From Myxococcota bacterium (lineage in GTDB: Bacteria; Myxococcota; XYA12-FULL-58-9; JALHOP01), in the NCBI GenBank assembly GCA_041288095.1, contig JBGGMJ010000136.1:16031-80030 (forward strand): a DNA stretch of 64,000 nt, read 5' to 3'. Shown here one piece after another: positions 40,894 through 52,563 of this stretch. The notes under the pieces are model-generated. The model was not told the DNA's origin, ran no database searches, and worked only from the letters and a program-made list of their open reading frames with translations. A program made the translations under genes and the position numbers. Numbering within the stretch: the stretch's first letter is position 1; every line of letters starts with the position of its first letter.

Positions 40894-42711
40894 TCAGTCC
40901 GCGCCGCCGGCACCCTCGTACATGGAGTCGAAGACCTTCTTGTAGCGCTCGTTGACCACCTTGCGCTTGATCTTCAGCGACGGGGTCATCTCGCCGCTCT
41001 CGACCGAGAAGTCGTGATCGAGGATGGCGAAGCGCTTGATGCTCTCGTAGCTCGCGAGCTGCTTGTTGACCTGGGTGATCCAAGCGTCGACCATCTTCTC
41101 AATCTCGGGACGCTTCGTGAGCTCCTCGAGCGAGCCGTTTGCCAGGCCCTCTTCCTTGGCGACGTTCTTCAAGACGTCGGGGTCGAGCGTCACCACCGCG
41201 GTCAGGTACTTGCGCTTGTCGCCGTGCACCACCGCTTGCGAGATCAGCTTGTGCGTCTTGAGGACGTTCTCGATGTTCTGCGGCGCGACGTTCTTGCCGC
41301 CGGCGGTAACGATGATGTCCTTCTTGCGGTCGGTGATCTTGAGCGTGCCACCGGGCTCGATCATGCCGATGTCACCGGTGGAGAACCAGCCGTCCTTGAG
41401 CACTTCCGCCGTAGCGGACGGGTTGTTCCAGTACTCGCTCATGACGCCGCGGCCCTTGATGAGGATTTCGCCGTCCGAGGCAATCTTCACCTCGGTGCCG
41501 GGGAGCGGCAGGCCGACCGAGCCGATGCTGTTCTGGCCGGGGCGGTTGACGAAGCTCGCGGCGGAGGTCTCGGTGAGGCCGTAGCCCTCGAGGATCTCGA
41601 TGCCGGCGTCGCGGAAGAACCAGTTGATCTTCGGCGACAAGGGAGCGCCGCCCGACACCAGGATGCGCATGCGGCCACCGAGCAGATCGCTCAGGCCCTT
41701 GCCGACCTTCGAGAACACCAGCTTCTTCAAGACCGCGAACTTGATGCTGTCGCGCAGACCCAATGAGCGGTTCTCCTTCTCGGCCTCGCCGTTCTTCTGC
41801 GACAGGTCGACCGCCGCATTGAAGAGCTTGGCCTTGAGGCCGCCGGGCGCGGTGCCCTTCTGCACCACCGCCGAGAAGAACTTCTCGAAGACGCGCGGCA
41901 CGCCGCACATGATGGTCGGACGAACCTCGCCCAGGTTTTCCTTGATGGTCTGCATGTTCTCGGCGAAAGCCATGACGTAGCGGCACGACAGCCAAGCAGC
42001 CTCGAGAACGCGGCCGAACGAGTGCGACAGCGGCAGGAAGAAGAGCTGGATGTCGCTTTCGCGGAGCACGTTGATCGCTTGCACCGCTTCGGCCTCGTAC
42101 GCCATCGCGTCGTGAGTGAGCACGACCCCTTTGGGCTTGCCGGTGGTGCCCGAGGTATAGATGAGCGTGAACGGCGACTCTTTCTTCAGCGCCTTGCGCC
42201 GGGCGTCGAGCTCCGTCTTCACCTTCTCGACGTCTCCACCCTGCTTGATGAAGGCGTCGTAGGTGATCACCCAGCCGTCTGCGTTGGCGGACACGTTGCC
42301 CGTCATCTGCACGATGCGGCGAAGGTCGGGCATGTTCTTGCGCTCGGCGAGCATCTTCTCGGTCTGCTTCTCGTCCTCGACGAAGGCGAGGACGGCGCCG
42401 CTGTTCTGCGCGATGTAGCCGCACTCCTCGGCGAGCGATGACGGATAGACCGGCACGGTGATGCCGCCGGCGTGCAGGATGGCCATGTCGAGGATGACCC
42501 ACTCGAGACGCGTGTTCGACACGATGTGAACGCGGTCGCCGCCTTTCACACCCTGCGCGAGCAACCCCGCCGACGCACGCATCGCTTCGTCGTAGAGCTG
42601 CTTCCAGGTGCGCTCTTCGTAGCGGCCGGCGCGCTTTTCCAGCGCTGCGACCTTCGTTGCGTGCTGCTCGGCGTTCTCGACGAATAGATCAAGGATGGTT
42701 GTGCGGGCCAT
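40894..42711 (-). CDS. fadD: Long-chain-fatty-acid--CoA ligase
   Basis: YTSGTTGKPKG, EGYGLTE, TGDIG, DRKKDIIVTAGGKNVAPQ; start corrected to ATG 42711. Confidence 0.92.
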   Translation of the reverse strand: MARTTILDLFVENAEQHATKVAALEKRAGRYEERTWKQLYDEAMRASAGLLAQGVKGGDRVHIVSNTRLEWVILDMAILHAGGITVPVYPSSLAEECGYIAQNSGAVLAFVEDEKQTEKMLAERKNMPDLRRIVQMTGNVSANADGWVITYDAFIKQGGDVEKVKTELDARRKALKKESPFTLIYTSGTTGKPKGVVLTHDAMAYEAEAVQAINVLRESDIQLFFLPLSHSFGRVLEAAWLSCRYVMAFAENMQTIKENLGEVRPTIMCGVPRVFEKFFSAVVQKGTAPGGLKAKLFNAAVDLSQKNGEAEKENRSLGLRDSIKFAVLKKLVFSKVGKGLSDLLGGRMRILVSGGAPLSPKINWFFRDAGIEILEGYGLTETSAASFVNRPGQNSIGSVGLPLPGTEVKIASDGEILIKGRGVMSEYWNNPSATAEVLKDGWFSTGDIGMIEPGGTLKITDRKKDIIVTAGGKNVAPQNIENVLKTHKLISQAVVHGDKRKYLTAVVTLDPDVLKNVAKEEGLANGSLEELTKRPEIEKMVDAWITQVNKQLASYESIKRFAILDHDFSVESGEMTPSLKIKRKVVNERYKKVFDSMYEGAGGAD

Positions 42712-42958
42712 GGGCGGCTCTCTAGCTCCAGGTTGGCAGCCTCTGCAAGTCGCGTCGAAACCAAGCGGCATGTGGCGCAATTCCGCACTTCGCGATCGCT
42801 GTGCGCTGCGTCCGGCGAATCGGCTGCGAAAGTCGGCCGCTGCGTCACATCGACATTGACCCGCGCTCGAAAACCCCTTACCGACGTGCGCACGAAAGAG
42901 CGCCCGTGCGAATCGACCGAGACGTGGCTCGGTCGCTGTCGCCGGCAAGGAGAGCCTG

Positions 42959-45295
42959 ATGCGTTGCCGCATCCTAGTAGTCCTGGCCATGACCGCTGTA
43001 GCGGTCGGCTGCTTGGACAAAGCCGAGGTCGACGAAGCCGAGACCGCAGAGCTGCTCGTATCGCAGCCGCAGCTTCAGGATTTCGATCCGTCGAACAGCA
43101 TCATTCCCTTCCCGAACATCTTGTTGCTGTCACCGACGACCGGCTTGAACACGCTGCCGGCGACGTGCGGTGAATCGACGGGCGCGCAGGGGCTCCGCGA
43201 AGGCGTACTCAATACGCTCGACGGCGTCGGCACCTGGCTGCCGGCGGTTTACGCCACCTTCACGGCGCCGGTGGACATCGCCAGCACCGAGGGGCTGGTC
43301 GCGGGTGAGGTCGACGAGAGCGACCGTGTCTTCCTGATCAAGCAAGTCGCCGACCCAGCCGACGCCGTCGCGGTGCCGGCGCAGGTGGGGCGCTTCCAGA
43401 CCATTCGCTACAGCGACGCCCTGCCAACCTGTGGCGCCGCCAACGTGATCGATGCGATCACGGTGACGCCAATCGCGCCGCTCGACGACGACTCGGTCTA
43501 CACCGTGGCCGTCCTCCAGGGCGTGACCTCGACCGACGGCGAGGAGTTCCAGCCGTCGACCGCTTGGTTCTTCAGCCGCCAGCTCGCGGCCCCGGTCAGC
43601 ATCTTCGACCAGGACGAGGACGGCGTGCTCACGACAAGCGACGTCGTCTTCAACAACACGCCGCTCGATCAGTTCGATCCGCGCGACGCGAACGGCAACG
43701 GCGTCGCCGACACCATCGAGCGCCTGGCCGGCATTCAGCAGCTCTTCGGGCTGAACCAGCGCTTTCTCCCGTACGTCGACGACGCGCTCGACACCGTCAC
43801 GGGTCGTGACGTCACGCGCGACGACATCCTCATCGCCTGGGCGTTCAAGACCCAGACCGTCGAGGAGCCTCTCGATCCGACGGCGGACAGCCCCGCCGCC
43901 ATCGCGGTCGAGAACGCCGAGCTCGCTGGCCCCTTCGGCCCCATCGCGGGCGCCCCGGCCGGCGTCACGGTGCAGCAATTCTACGAAGCGAACCTCGGCG
44001 CTGGCATTTGCACCCAGCTGCCTTGCGCCGCCATCGGCAACATCTTCGGCGGTGGGCTCTCGGCGCCGAACTTCCAGGTAGCCGGCCCGAACACCGGCGT
44101 CCTCACCGCCACGGTCCCCGGCACGTGGAACCACCCGCTCAATCCAACGGAGCAGCCGGGCACTCCGCTGCAAATCCTCGCGGTTCGCCCAGCGACGGCG
44201 GCGCCAGCCACCGGTTATCCACTGGTCGTCTTCGGACACGGCATCACGCGCTCGAAGGGTGACTTGCTCGCTATCGCGGGCCAGCTCGCTGGTCTCGGCA
44301 TCGCAACGGTCGCCATCGACTGGCCGTTGCATGGCTCACGTGCGGTGCAGATCTTCCCCACGGGGTCGGCCTGCCAGTCCCCGAGTGATGCTGGCGCCCC
44401 CGACCCAACAGTCAGCGTGGCTTGCTTCCAGCCCATCCTGAGCTCCAATCTAGCCGCGACGCGTGACGGCTTCCGCCAGGGCGCGCTGGACATCATCAGC
44501 CTGGTTTCGGCCATGACCAGCGAGTGCGCGGCTCCCGATGGCGCGACGAACTGCAACGGCTTCGCCATCAACGCGAACGCTGTCGGCTATATCGGACAGT
44601 CGCTGGGCACCGTCATCGGCACCCTGCCGGTGGCCATGGTCCCGGACTTCAAGGCCGCGGTGTTCAACGTCGGCGGCGTCAGCCTCACGACCATCCTCGA
44701 GAACACCGACAGCAATGCCTTGAAGTGCCCGCTGATCGACGCGCTGATCAGGAATGGCACGTTGCAGGGCAAGCTCTGGCAGCAGCCGGACAACTCTTTC
44801 AACAACCTCGATGCGCTCTGCGTTCAAACGAACACGACGCAGCCGATCGCCGTCGCCAGCCAGCCGGCGTTCCGCTCCTTCGCCGCGGCGACCCGCTGGA
44901 TCGCCGATCCCTGCGACGGTGTGAACTTCCTCGACGTCATCGCCGGGAAGGTCGCCGGCGGCGACCTGCACGTGCTCGTGCAGCAAGTCGAGGGTGACCT
45001 GGTGGTGCCGAACGAATCGACCGTCATCATGGGTCGGTTGCTCGGCTTCCAGGCCGCGACCGAGGCAACGACGCCGACGTCCGCGTCGTTCACCGCCAGC
45101 ACCGGCCTCGGCCTTCCGGCGACACCTGCTGCCTGGCTGAACTACAGCAGCGATGCGGTCACCTATGACCACGGATCGCTGTTGGAGCCAGCCGAGGCGA
45201 CCACGCCGGCACAGCTCGCGACGGGTCAGATGCAGACTGACGCCTTCACCTTCTTGGCCACCCAGCTCGCCGCCGCCGCGGCAGCCGCCGAGTAA
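42959..45295 (+). CDS. Surface lipoprotein lipase (Pla-1/Cef-like; N-terminal domain plus alpha/beta hydrolase)
   Basis: Lipobox AVGC; FDPSNSIIPFPN and LNTLDG N-domain; FGHGIT, IDWPLHG, nucleophile GQSLG, GDLVVPN, HGSLL. Confidence 0.82.
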   Translation: MRCRILVVLAMTAVAVGCLDKAEVDEAETAELLVSQPQLQDFDPSNSIIPFPNILLLSPTTGLNTLPATCGESTGAQGLREGVLNTLDGVGTWLPAVYATFTAPVDIASTEGLVAGEVDESDRVFLIKQVADPADAVAVPAQVGRFQTIRYSDALPTCGAANVIDAITVTPIAPLDDDSVYTVAVLQGVTSTDGEEFQPSTAWFFSRQLAAPVSIFDQDEDGVLTTSDVVFNNTPLDQFDPRDANGNGVADTIERLAGIQQLFGLNQRFLPYVDDALDTVTGRDVTRDDILIAWAFKTQTVEEPLDPTADSPAAIAVENAELAGPFGPIAGAPAGVTVQQFYEANLGAGICTQLPCAAIGNIFGGGLSAPNFQVAGPNTGVLTATVPGTWNHPLNPTEQPGTPLQILAVRPATAAPATGYPLVVFGHGITRSKGDLLAIAGQLAGLGIATVAIDWPLHGSRAVQIFPTGSACQSPSDAGAPDPTVSVACFQPILSSNLAATRDGFRQGALDIISLVSAMTSECAAPDGATNCNGFAINANAVGYIGQSLGTVIGTLPVAMVPDFKAAVFNVGGVSLTTILENTDSNALKCPLIDALIRNGTLQGKLWQQPDNSFNNLDALCVQTNTTQPIAVASQPAFRSFAAATRWIADPCDGVNFLDVIAGKVAGGDLHVLVQQVEGDLVVPNESTVIMGRLLGFQAATEATTPTSASFTASTGLGLPATPAAWLNYSSDAVTYDHGSLLEPAEATTPAQLATGQMQTDAFTFLATQLAAAAAAAE

Positions 45296-45309
45296 CGAGG
45301 AAGCCCACG

Positions 45310-47352
45310 ATGAAATTGACTATGATGAAGAAAATTTCCGTCGGCCTCCTGGCAAGCGCTGTCATGCTCTCCGCGAGCATCGCGCAAGCCTCGGGCTTCT
45401 ACCTGAGCAATCAGGGCGCGCGCGCCACCGGCCGCTCCAACGCGGTGGTCGCTAGCCCAGGCGACGCGTCGACCATCTGGTACAACCCGGCGGGTCTCGC
45501 GACCCTGGACGGGAAGTTCCAGCTCTATCTCGGCACGTCGCTGATCGCGCCGAACTACAGCTTCGTGCCCGCCGGTGGCGGCGAGCGCACCCATGACGAC
45601 GTCGGCATTTTGCCAGCGCCGCATGCGTACCTGGGCGGCAAGGTCTTGCCGTTCCTCGCGCTCGGTCTCGGCTTCAACGCCTCGTACGGCGCGACCGTGC
45701 GCTGGGGTGAAGACTCGCCGGGCCGCACCGTCGTGCGCGAGCAGAGCTTGCGGACGCTGTGGTTCCAGCCGACCGCCTCGATCGACTTCTCCACGCTCGG
45801 CGTGAAGGGGCTGTCGATCGGCGCGACGCTCGACCTCGTGCACGCTTCGGCGTACCTGACGCGCGACATCGCGTTCGGCAACAACAGCTACGGCAGCGTC
45901 GCTCTCGACGGTACGGACTTCCGCGTTGGCGGACACTTCGGTGTCTTGTACCGCCCCGAGTTCGCGCCCGGCCTGTCGCTCGGCGCGCGCTATCAGCTGC
46001 CGATCCGCACCCGCCTCACCGGCACCGACAACGTCGACTTCGACGCGCCGGCTCCGGTGCGTGGCCTGCTGCCGCCTGACGGCAGCGGCAGCGTCGACTG
46101 CGTCGACATCCCGCAGCAGGTGATCATCGGTGGTGCCTACAAGTTCGCCAAGATGCTCGAGATCGAAGTCGACGCCATCTGGAACGACTGGTCGGACTTC
46201 GAACGCTTGCTCTTCACCTTCCCCGACGGTTCGACGTCGACGTCGGTCCGCCAGTACGAAGACCGCTGGGGCGTGCGCACCGGCGTCGAGCTCGACCTCG
46301 GTGTCGTCGTGCCGCGCATCGGTTACGAGTACGACCCGACGCCGATTCCGCGCGAATCGCTCGACCACACGCTCCCCGACATCGTGCGCAACATCGTCAC
46401 CGCTGGTGTGACCGTTCGTCCGACCTGCCACTTCTGGATCGACGCGGGCGGTTGGTACCTCCTTCCGAAGTCGCGCGAGACCATGGACGCGCCGTCGACG
46501 CGCCAACCGGTCATCGGCACCTTCCGCACCAGCGCTTGGGTCGCCGCCTTGAGCGTCGGCATGGCGTTCGGCAACGAAGAGAGCTGCGGCGCCAAGCCGG
46601 TTGCCGAGCCCACCGTGACCGACACGCCGCTCCGCGATAGCGACAGCGACGGCGTCTTCGATGCCAACGATGCCTGCCCGACCGTGGCCGGCAACGACGG
46701 CACCGGCTGCCCGCTGCCGGTCGACGCGGACAATGACGGCGTCATGGACAACGTCGACAAGTGCCCCGGCGTGACCGGTGTGGCGCCCGACGGCTGCCCG
46801 CCCGCCGATCCGGACAAGGACGGCGTCGTGGGTGACGCGGATGCCTGCCCGAACGAGGCCGGCGACCCGCCGAACGGCTGCCCGAACCCGGATCCCGATG
46901 GTGACGGTATCGCTGGCGCCGCCGACACCTGCCCGAAGGAGCCGGAGACCAAGAACGGCTTCCAGGACACGGACGGTTGCCCCGACGAGCTGCCCGCCGC
47001 GGTGGCCAAGTTCAACGGCAAGCTCGAGGGCGTGAAGTTCGCCACCGCGAGCTCGCGTCTCACCAAGGACAGCTACGCGGCGCTCGACAGCATCGCGAAG
47101 ACCTTGACCGAGTACCCCGAGCTCAAGCTCGAGATCTCGGGCCATACCGACAGCGTCGGTAACGCGGAGAAGAACCTGGTGCTCTCGCAGGGTCGCGCTG
47201 ACTCGGTGAAGAAGTACCTGGCCGGCAAGGGTGTAGCCGCCGAGCGCCTGACGGCGATTGGCTACGGCGCCGACAAGCCGGTTGCGGACAACGCTACGAA
47301 GGAAGGCCAGGCGGCCAACCGTCGCATCGAGTTCCGTATCCTCACCAACTAA
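45310..47352 (+). CDS. FadL/OmpP1-type outer-membrane channel fused to TSP3 repeats and an OmpA-like peptidoglycan-binding domain
   Basis: SGF...GRSNA...DASTIWYNPAGL (FadL hatch); DxDxDGVxDxxDxCP repeats; GHTD..G...NL.LSQGRA...NRRIEF. Confidence 0.85.
   Translation: MKLTMMKKISVGLLASAVMLSASIAQASGFYLSNQGARATGRSNAVVASPGDASTIWYNPAGLATLDGKFQLYLGTSLIAPNYSFVPAGGGERTHDDVGILPAPHAYLGGKVLPFLALGLGFNASYGATVRWGEDSPGRTVVREQSLRTLWFQPTASIDFSTLGVKGLSIGATLDLVHASAYLTRDIAFGNNSYGSVALDGTDFRVGGHFGVLYRPEFAPGLSLGARYQLPIRTRLTGTDNVDFDAPAPVRGLLPPDGSGSVDCVDIPQQVIIGGAYKFAKMLEIEVDAIWNDWSDFERLLFTFPDGSTSTSVRQYEDRWGVRTGVELDLGVVVPRIGYEYDPTPIPRESLDHTLPDIVRNIVTAGVTVRPTCHFWIDAGGWYLLPKSRETMDAPSTRQPVIGTFRTSAWVAALSVGMAFGNEESCGAKPVAEPTVTDTPLRDSDSDGVFDANDACPTVAGNDGTGCPLPVDADNDGVMDNVDKCPGVTGVAPDGCPPADPDKDGVVGDADACPNEAGDPPNGCPNPDPDGDGIAGAADTCPKEPETKNGFQDTDGCPDELPAAVAKFNGKLEGVKFATASSRLTKDSYAALDSIAKTLTEYPELKLEISGHTDSVGNAEKNLVLSQGRADSVKKYLAGKGVAAERLTAIGYGADKPVADNATKEGQAANRRIEFRILTN
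46636..46989 (+). repeat. Thrombospondin type-3-like Ca-binding repeats (4-5 copies)
   Basis: DSDSDGVFDANDACP, DADNDGVMDNVDKCP, DPDKDGVVGDADACP, DPDGDGIAGAADTCP...DGCPD. Confidence 0.85.
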
Positions 47353-47366
47353 TTAGGCGTTTTCCC

Positions 47367-47414
47367 AAGGCCCGCGCTGGGGTTTTCACCCCCGGCGCGG
47401 GCTTTGCTCTTTTT
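47367..47414 (+). terminator. Rho-independent terminator
   Basis: AAGGCCCGCGCTGGGG / CCCCGGCGCGGGCTTT stem followed by a T-rich tail. Confidence 0.8.
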
Positions 47415-47445
47415 GGCGGCCGTCGTTGAGTGTACGACATAGGGG

Positions 47446-49311
47446 ATGTCCCTCGTCGGCACGCGCCTTGGAAAATACGAGCTCGCCGCCGAGATCGGTC
47501 ACGGCGGCATGAGCGTCGTGTACCGAGCGCACGACACGCAATTGAAGCGCGACGTCGCCGTCAAGGTCATGCACGCGTTCATGGCCGAGCAGCCCGAGGC
47601 ACGCGAGCGATTCCATCGCGAAGCCGTCGCGGTCGCGCGGTTACGGCATCCGAACATCATCGAGATCTTCGACTACTCGGGCGAGAAGGCCTCGACCAGC
47701 TACATCGTCATGGAGCTCGTCGACGGGACCGCTTTGGCGGACGCGGTGCGCGACCGGCCACTCTCTTGTCCCGAGGCCGCGTTGATCCTCGCGCGCCCCA
47801 TCGCCGATGCCCTCGACTCCGCCCATAAAGGCGGCGTCGTGCACCGCGACTTGAAGCCCGAGAACATCTTGCTCGGGCGCCACGGCGAGCTGAAGCTCAC
47901 CGACTTCGGCATCGCCCGTATCCTCGACAACCAGGCGATGACGATGACGGGCACCCTCCTGGGGTCACCCGCGTACATGGCGCCCGAGTACATCGAGGGT
48001 TACGCCACCGACGAGCGCGCCGACATCTTCTCCTTCGGCGCCATGCTCTACTATCTCGTGGTCGGCCGGCTCCCGTTCGAGGCGCCCTCGCCGCACGCGT
48101 TGCTCAAGCGCATCGCGGCTGGCGAGTACCCGCTACCGCAGCAGAACAACCCCCAGACCCACGCCGCCATCAGCCGCATCATCGTCCGCTGCCTGAAACG
48201 CCTGCCGGAGCAACGCTACGCCACGGCAGGCGAGCTTCGCGACGCCATCGACACGCACCTCCGCGCGCTCGGCCTCGACTGGGAACAGGAGCTGCCAAAG
48301 CTCCTCGCCGACTCACGGGAGCATTGCGAAGACCTCGAGAATCGCGTCACCGCGCGCTGCACCGAGCTCGGCAAGGAAGCGCTCGAGCGTGGTCAGCACG
48401 GTGTGGCCATGGAGCACTTCGATCGGGTGCTCGCGAGCAAGCCGCACGATGCCGAGGTGCGCAAGCTCCTGCGGCGGCTTGGCCGACGCGTGTCGCTCAT
48501 CAAGGCGGTGCGCGCGGGCGCGGTGGCGACGGTCGTCGCGATGATGCTCGGCGGGGCCGCGTACGGGGCGATGACGTGGAAGGCGGGGCAAGACGCGCGA
48601 AGGTCGCTCGCCGATAGCCGGACGACGGATGCCGAGAGTCGAGAGGTGATCGCCGAGAGCCGACCGCCGATTGCCGATAGCCGACCGCCCGAGACCACGA
48701 CGACCGATGCCCGCCCGACCGCTATTCCAGACCGGGTGCCGCCAACCAAAACCACGCCGACCAAGCAGCCGCCGGTCACCAGTGCCGCGAATCCTCCAGC
48801 CGGCACCACCCCCGACAAGCCCGCCGACCCGACCCCGCCGAAGCCCACGCCGGTCCGGCCCGTGCGCTTCAACGCCGTCAACGTCGTCACCGCCTACGTC
48901 GACGACTCCGGCGAGCCCGTGGTCCGCGACCGCATCGGCCCCTTCAGCTTGGACCTCGCGCACGGCACGCACCGGCTGCGCTTCACCAATCCGCTGGCCT
49001 ACGAGAGCGAGATGAACCTCATGGTCGACGACGTGAGCCCGGCGCAGCTGGTCGTCGTGCGCTTGCAGCCGCTGCCGGCGAAGCTCTTCGTCGATAAGGC
49101 TCCAGATGGCGCCACCGTCGAGATCGCGGGGCGCACCTGGCTGGTCAACGCGCAAACACGCAACGAGCCCATCTTCGTGCCGCTGCCGCTCGGCGCCGGC
49201 TCGCAGTCGCTGGAAGTGGTGGTGCGCCGGGGCGATCTCGAGTGGCGCAAGGTCGTCGAGTTCAAGCCCGGTCAGGAACGAAGGCTTGATGTGAAGCTCG
49301 ACCACCTGTAA
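47446..49311 (+). CDS. Membrane Ser/Thr protein kinase with TPR, TM and PEGA-like extracytoplasmic region
   Basis: IGHGGMSVVY, VAVK, HRDLKPEN, DFG, GSPAYMAPE. Confidence 0.93.
   Translation: MSLVGTRLGKYELAAEIGHGGMSVVYRAHDTQLKRDVAVKVMHAFMAEQPEARERFHREAVAVARLRHPNIIEIFDYSGEKASTSYIVMELVDGTALADAVRDRPLSCPEAALILARPIADALDSAHKGGVVHRDLKPENILLGRHGELKLTDFGIARILDNQAMTMTGTLLGSPAYMAPEYIEGYATDERADIFSFGAMLYYLVVGRLPFEAPSPHALLKRIAAGEYPLPQQNNPQTHAAISRIIVRCLKRLPEQRYATAGELRDAIDTHLRALGLDWEQELPKLLADSREHCEDLENRVTARCTELGKEALERGQHGVAMEHFDRVLASKPHDAEVRKLLRRLGRRVSLIKAVRAGAVATVVAMMLGGAAYGAMTWKAGQDARRSLADSRTTDAESREVIAESRPPIADSRPPETTTTDARPTAIPDRVPPTKTTPTKQPPVTSAANPPAGTTPDKPADPTPPKPTPVRPVRFNAVNVVTAYVDDSGEPVVRDRIGPFSLDLAHGTHRLRFTNPLAYESEMNLMVDDVSPAQLVVVRLQPLPAKLFVDKAPDGATVEIAGRTWLVNAQTRNEPIFVPLPLGAGSQSLEVVVRRGDLEWRKVVEFKPGQERRLDVKLDHL
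48610..48693 (+). repeat. Degenerate tandem repeat (4 x 21 nt, underlying 7-nt GCCGANN period) in the kinase linker
   Basis: Encodes ADSRTTD / AESREVI / AESRPPI / ADSRPPE. Confidence 0.6.
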
Positions 49312-49323
49312 CCCTGAACGCCC

Positions 49324-50202
49324 ATGTTGGCGCTGGTCGCGGCTCTCCTGATGACGGCTCCCACGGCGGCGGCACCGCCGAGCACGGGCGCCCCTCCGGC
49401 CGCTAAAACGGACGCCGCGGAGCAAACGAGCTCCGAGGAGTCCTTGCGTCGCGCCATCAACGAGTATGCCTACGGCAACTACGGCGCCGCCATCGACCAG
49501 CTTCGCGCCCTGCTCTATCCGATGCGCCTGGTGTCCGACAGCCAGGTCATCGAAGCGCGCAAGTACTTGGGCCTGTCGTACTACCTGCTCAGCCGGCCGA
49601 GCGACATGCGCGAAGAGCTCGAGAAGCTCCTCTACCTCGACCCCGACTATCAGCTCGATCCGTTCTCCATCCCGCCCCCGATCATCGACGAGTTCGAGCG
49701 CATCCGCGAGCAGCAGAAGCCTCAGCTCGACGTCATCCGCCTGCGACGGGCGGAGCAGAGCGGCAATGCCTCGGCCGTGCGCCGCATCGAATCGGCGGTA
49801 CCGACGACCGGCGCCCGAGGCCTCACCAGCTTCCTACCGTTCGGGGTCGGACAGTTCGAGAACGGCGATTCGTCGATGGGCCTGTTCTTCGCGCTCACCG
49901 AGGCCATTCTCTTGGGGCTCAACCTCGCCTCGTACCTCTTCGCGACCTATGGCGTGGGCGATGACTATCCAGCGGGCGACCACGGACTGGTCCGGGGGCT
50001 GCAAATCACCCAATACGCCTCGTTGTCGCTCTTTGCGCTCACCTGGGGCATCGGCGTCTACCACGCGAGGCTCCAGGTCACGCCGGCGATCGCGCCGCGC
50101 ACGCAGCTCGCACCCGTTCCCTCGGCACTCGAGGTGCCACGCTACGATCCCTCCGTCTTGGCGCGTCCCAGCGGCGGCTTGTTGTTCCAACTGACGTTTT
50201 GA
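49324..50202 (+). CDS. TPR-containing membrane/exported protein
   Basis: Signal-like N-terminus, TPR helices, [21 protein letters not shown] plus TM helices. Confidence 0.8.
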   Translation: MLALVAALLMTAPTAAAPPSTGAPPAAKTDAAEQTSSEESLRRAINEYAYGNYGAAIDQLRALLYPMRLVSDSQVIEARKYLGLSYYLLSRPSDMREELEKLLYLDPDYQLDPFSIPPPIIDEFERIREQQKPQLDVIRLRRAEQSGNASAVRRIESAVPTTGARGLTSFLPFGVGQFENGDSSMGLFFALTEAILLGLNLASYLFATYGVGDDYPAGDHGLVRGLQITQYASLSLFALTWGIGVYHARLQVTPAIAPRTQLAPVPSALEVPRYDPSVLARPSGGLLFQLTF

Positions 50203-50215
50203 TAAGGCATCGGCC

Positions 50216-52018
<1,803 letters not shown>

Positions 52019-52028
52019 TGGCCTTGAA

Positions 52029-52045
52029 TTGGCACGCCCCGTGCT
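52029..52045 (+). promoter_or_regulatory. sigma54 (-24/-12) promoter
   Basis: TTGGCACG-CCCC-GTGCT (GG-N10-GC) 10 nt after the activator stop. Confidence 0.6.
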
Positions 52046-52068
52046 CGTCTAAGCTGCTGGTGGTGTCC

Positions 52069-52563
52069 ATGATGTTATGCGCCACAGCCGGGCAGGCGTG
52101 TTTGCTGCCGCCGCCCATCGACGAAGAGAGCCCGGACGCGAACCGCCCGCCGTTCATCGAACCGATCGTGCCCTTCATCGATGGACGGCCGGTCACCATC
52201 AACTGCAACGGCCAGCCCACGCTCTTCCTCGCCAACATCGGCGACGACAACCTGCGTGACTCGCTCTACTATCGCTTCTTTATCGATTATTACCGGCGCG
52301 ACCCCGAGGATATCCTCGACACCCGCATCGGCGAGGCGCCGCCTACTCCCGGCCGCGCCCGCGTCGCGCAAGAGAGCATCACTGCCAACAATCCGATCCT
52401 GCTCGAGCGGCCAGGCGATGTGCACGTCGTCGAGCTCTACCTTTCCGACCGCGAGTTCAATGACTCCCCGGACGATGAGCCGTCCGTGGTCGGCCGCGTC
52501 GTCGTGGAAGGCGGACTGACGGCAACTTATTCATGGGCCGTGTACCCTATCGAGTGCAACTGA
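52069..52563 (+). CDS. Putative lipoprotein
   Basis: GQAC lipobox-like, then LLPPP...NRPP; start uncertain (52015-52072). Confidence 0.7.
   Translation: MMLCATAGQACLLPPPIDEESPDANRPPFIEPIVPFIDGRPVTINCNGQPTLFLANIGDDNLRDSLYYRFFIDYYRRDPEDILDTRIGEAPPTPGRARVAQESITANNPILLERPGDVHVVELYLSDREFNDSPDDEPSVVGRVVVEGGLTATYSWAVYPIECN

Noticed and set aside
42733..42790. TTGGCAG...TGC and TGGCGC...CGC as sigma54 promoters for the lipase operon
   Set aside because: GG-to-GC spacing is 8 and 9 nt rather than the required 10
46636..46989. Possible CRISPR-like repeat array
   Set aside because: The repeats are degenerate, in frame and encode TSP3 motifs; no cas genes or identical direct repeats with spacers
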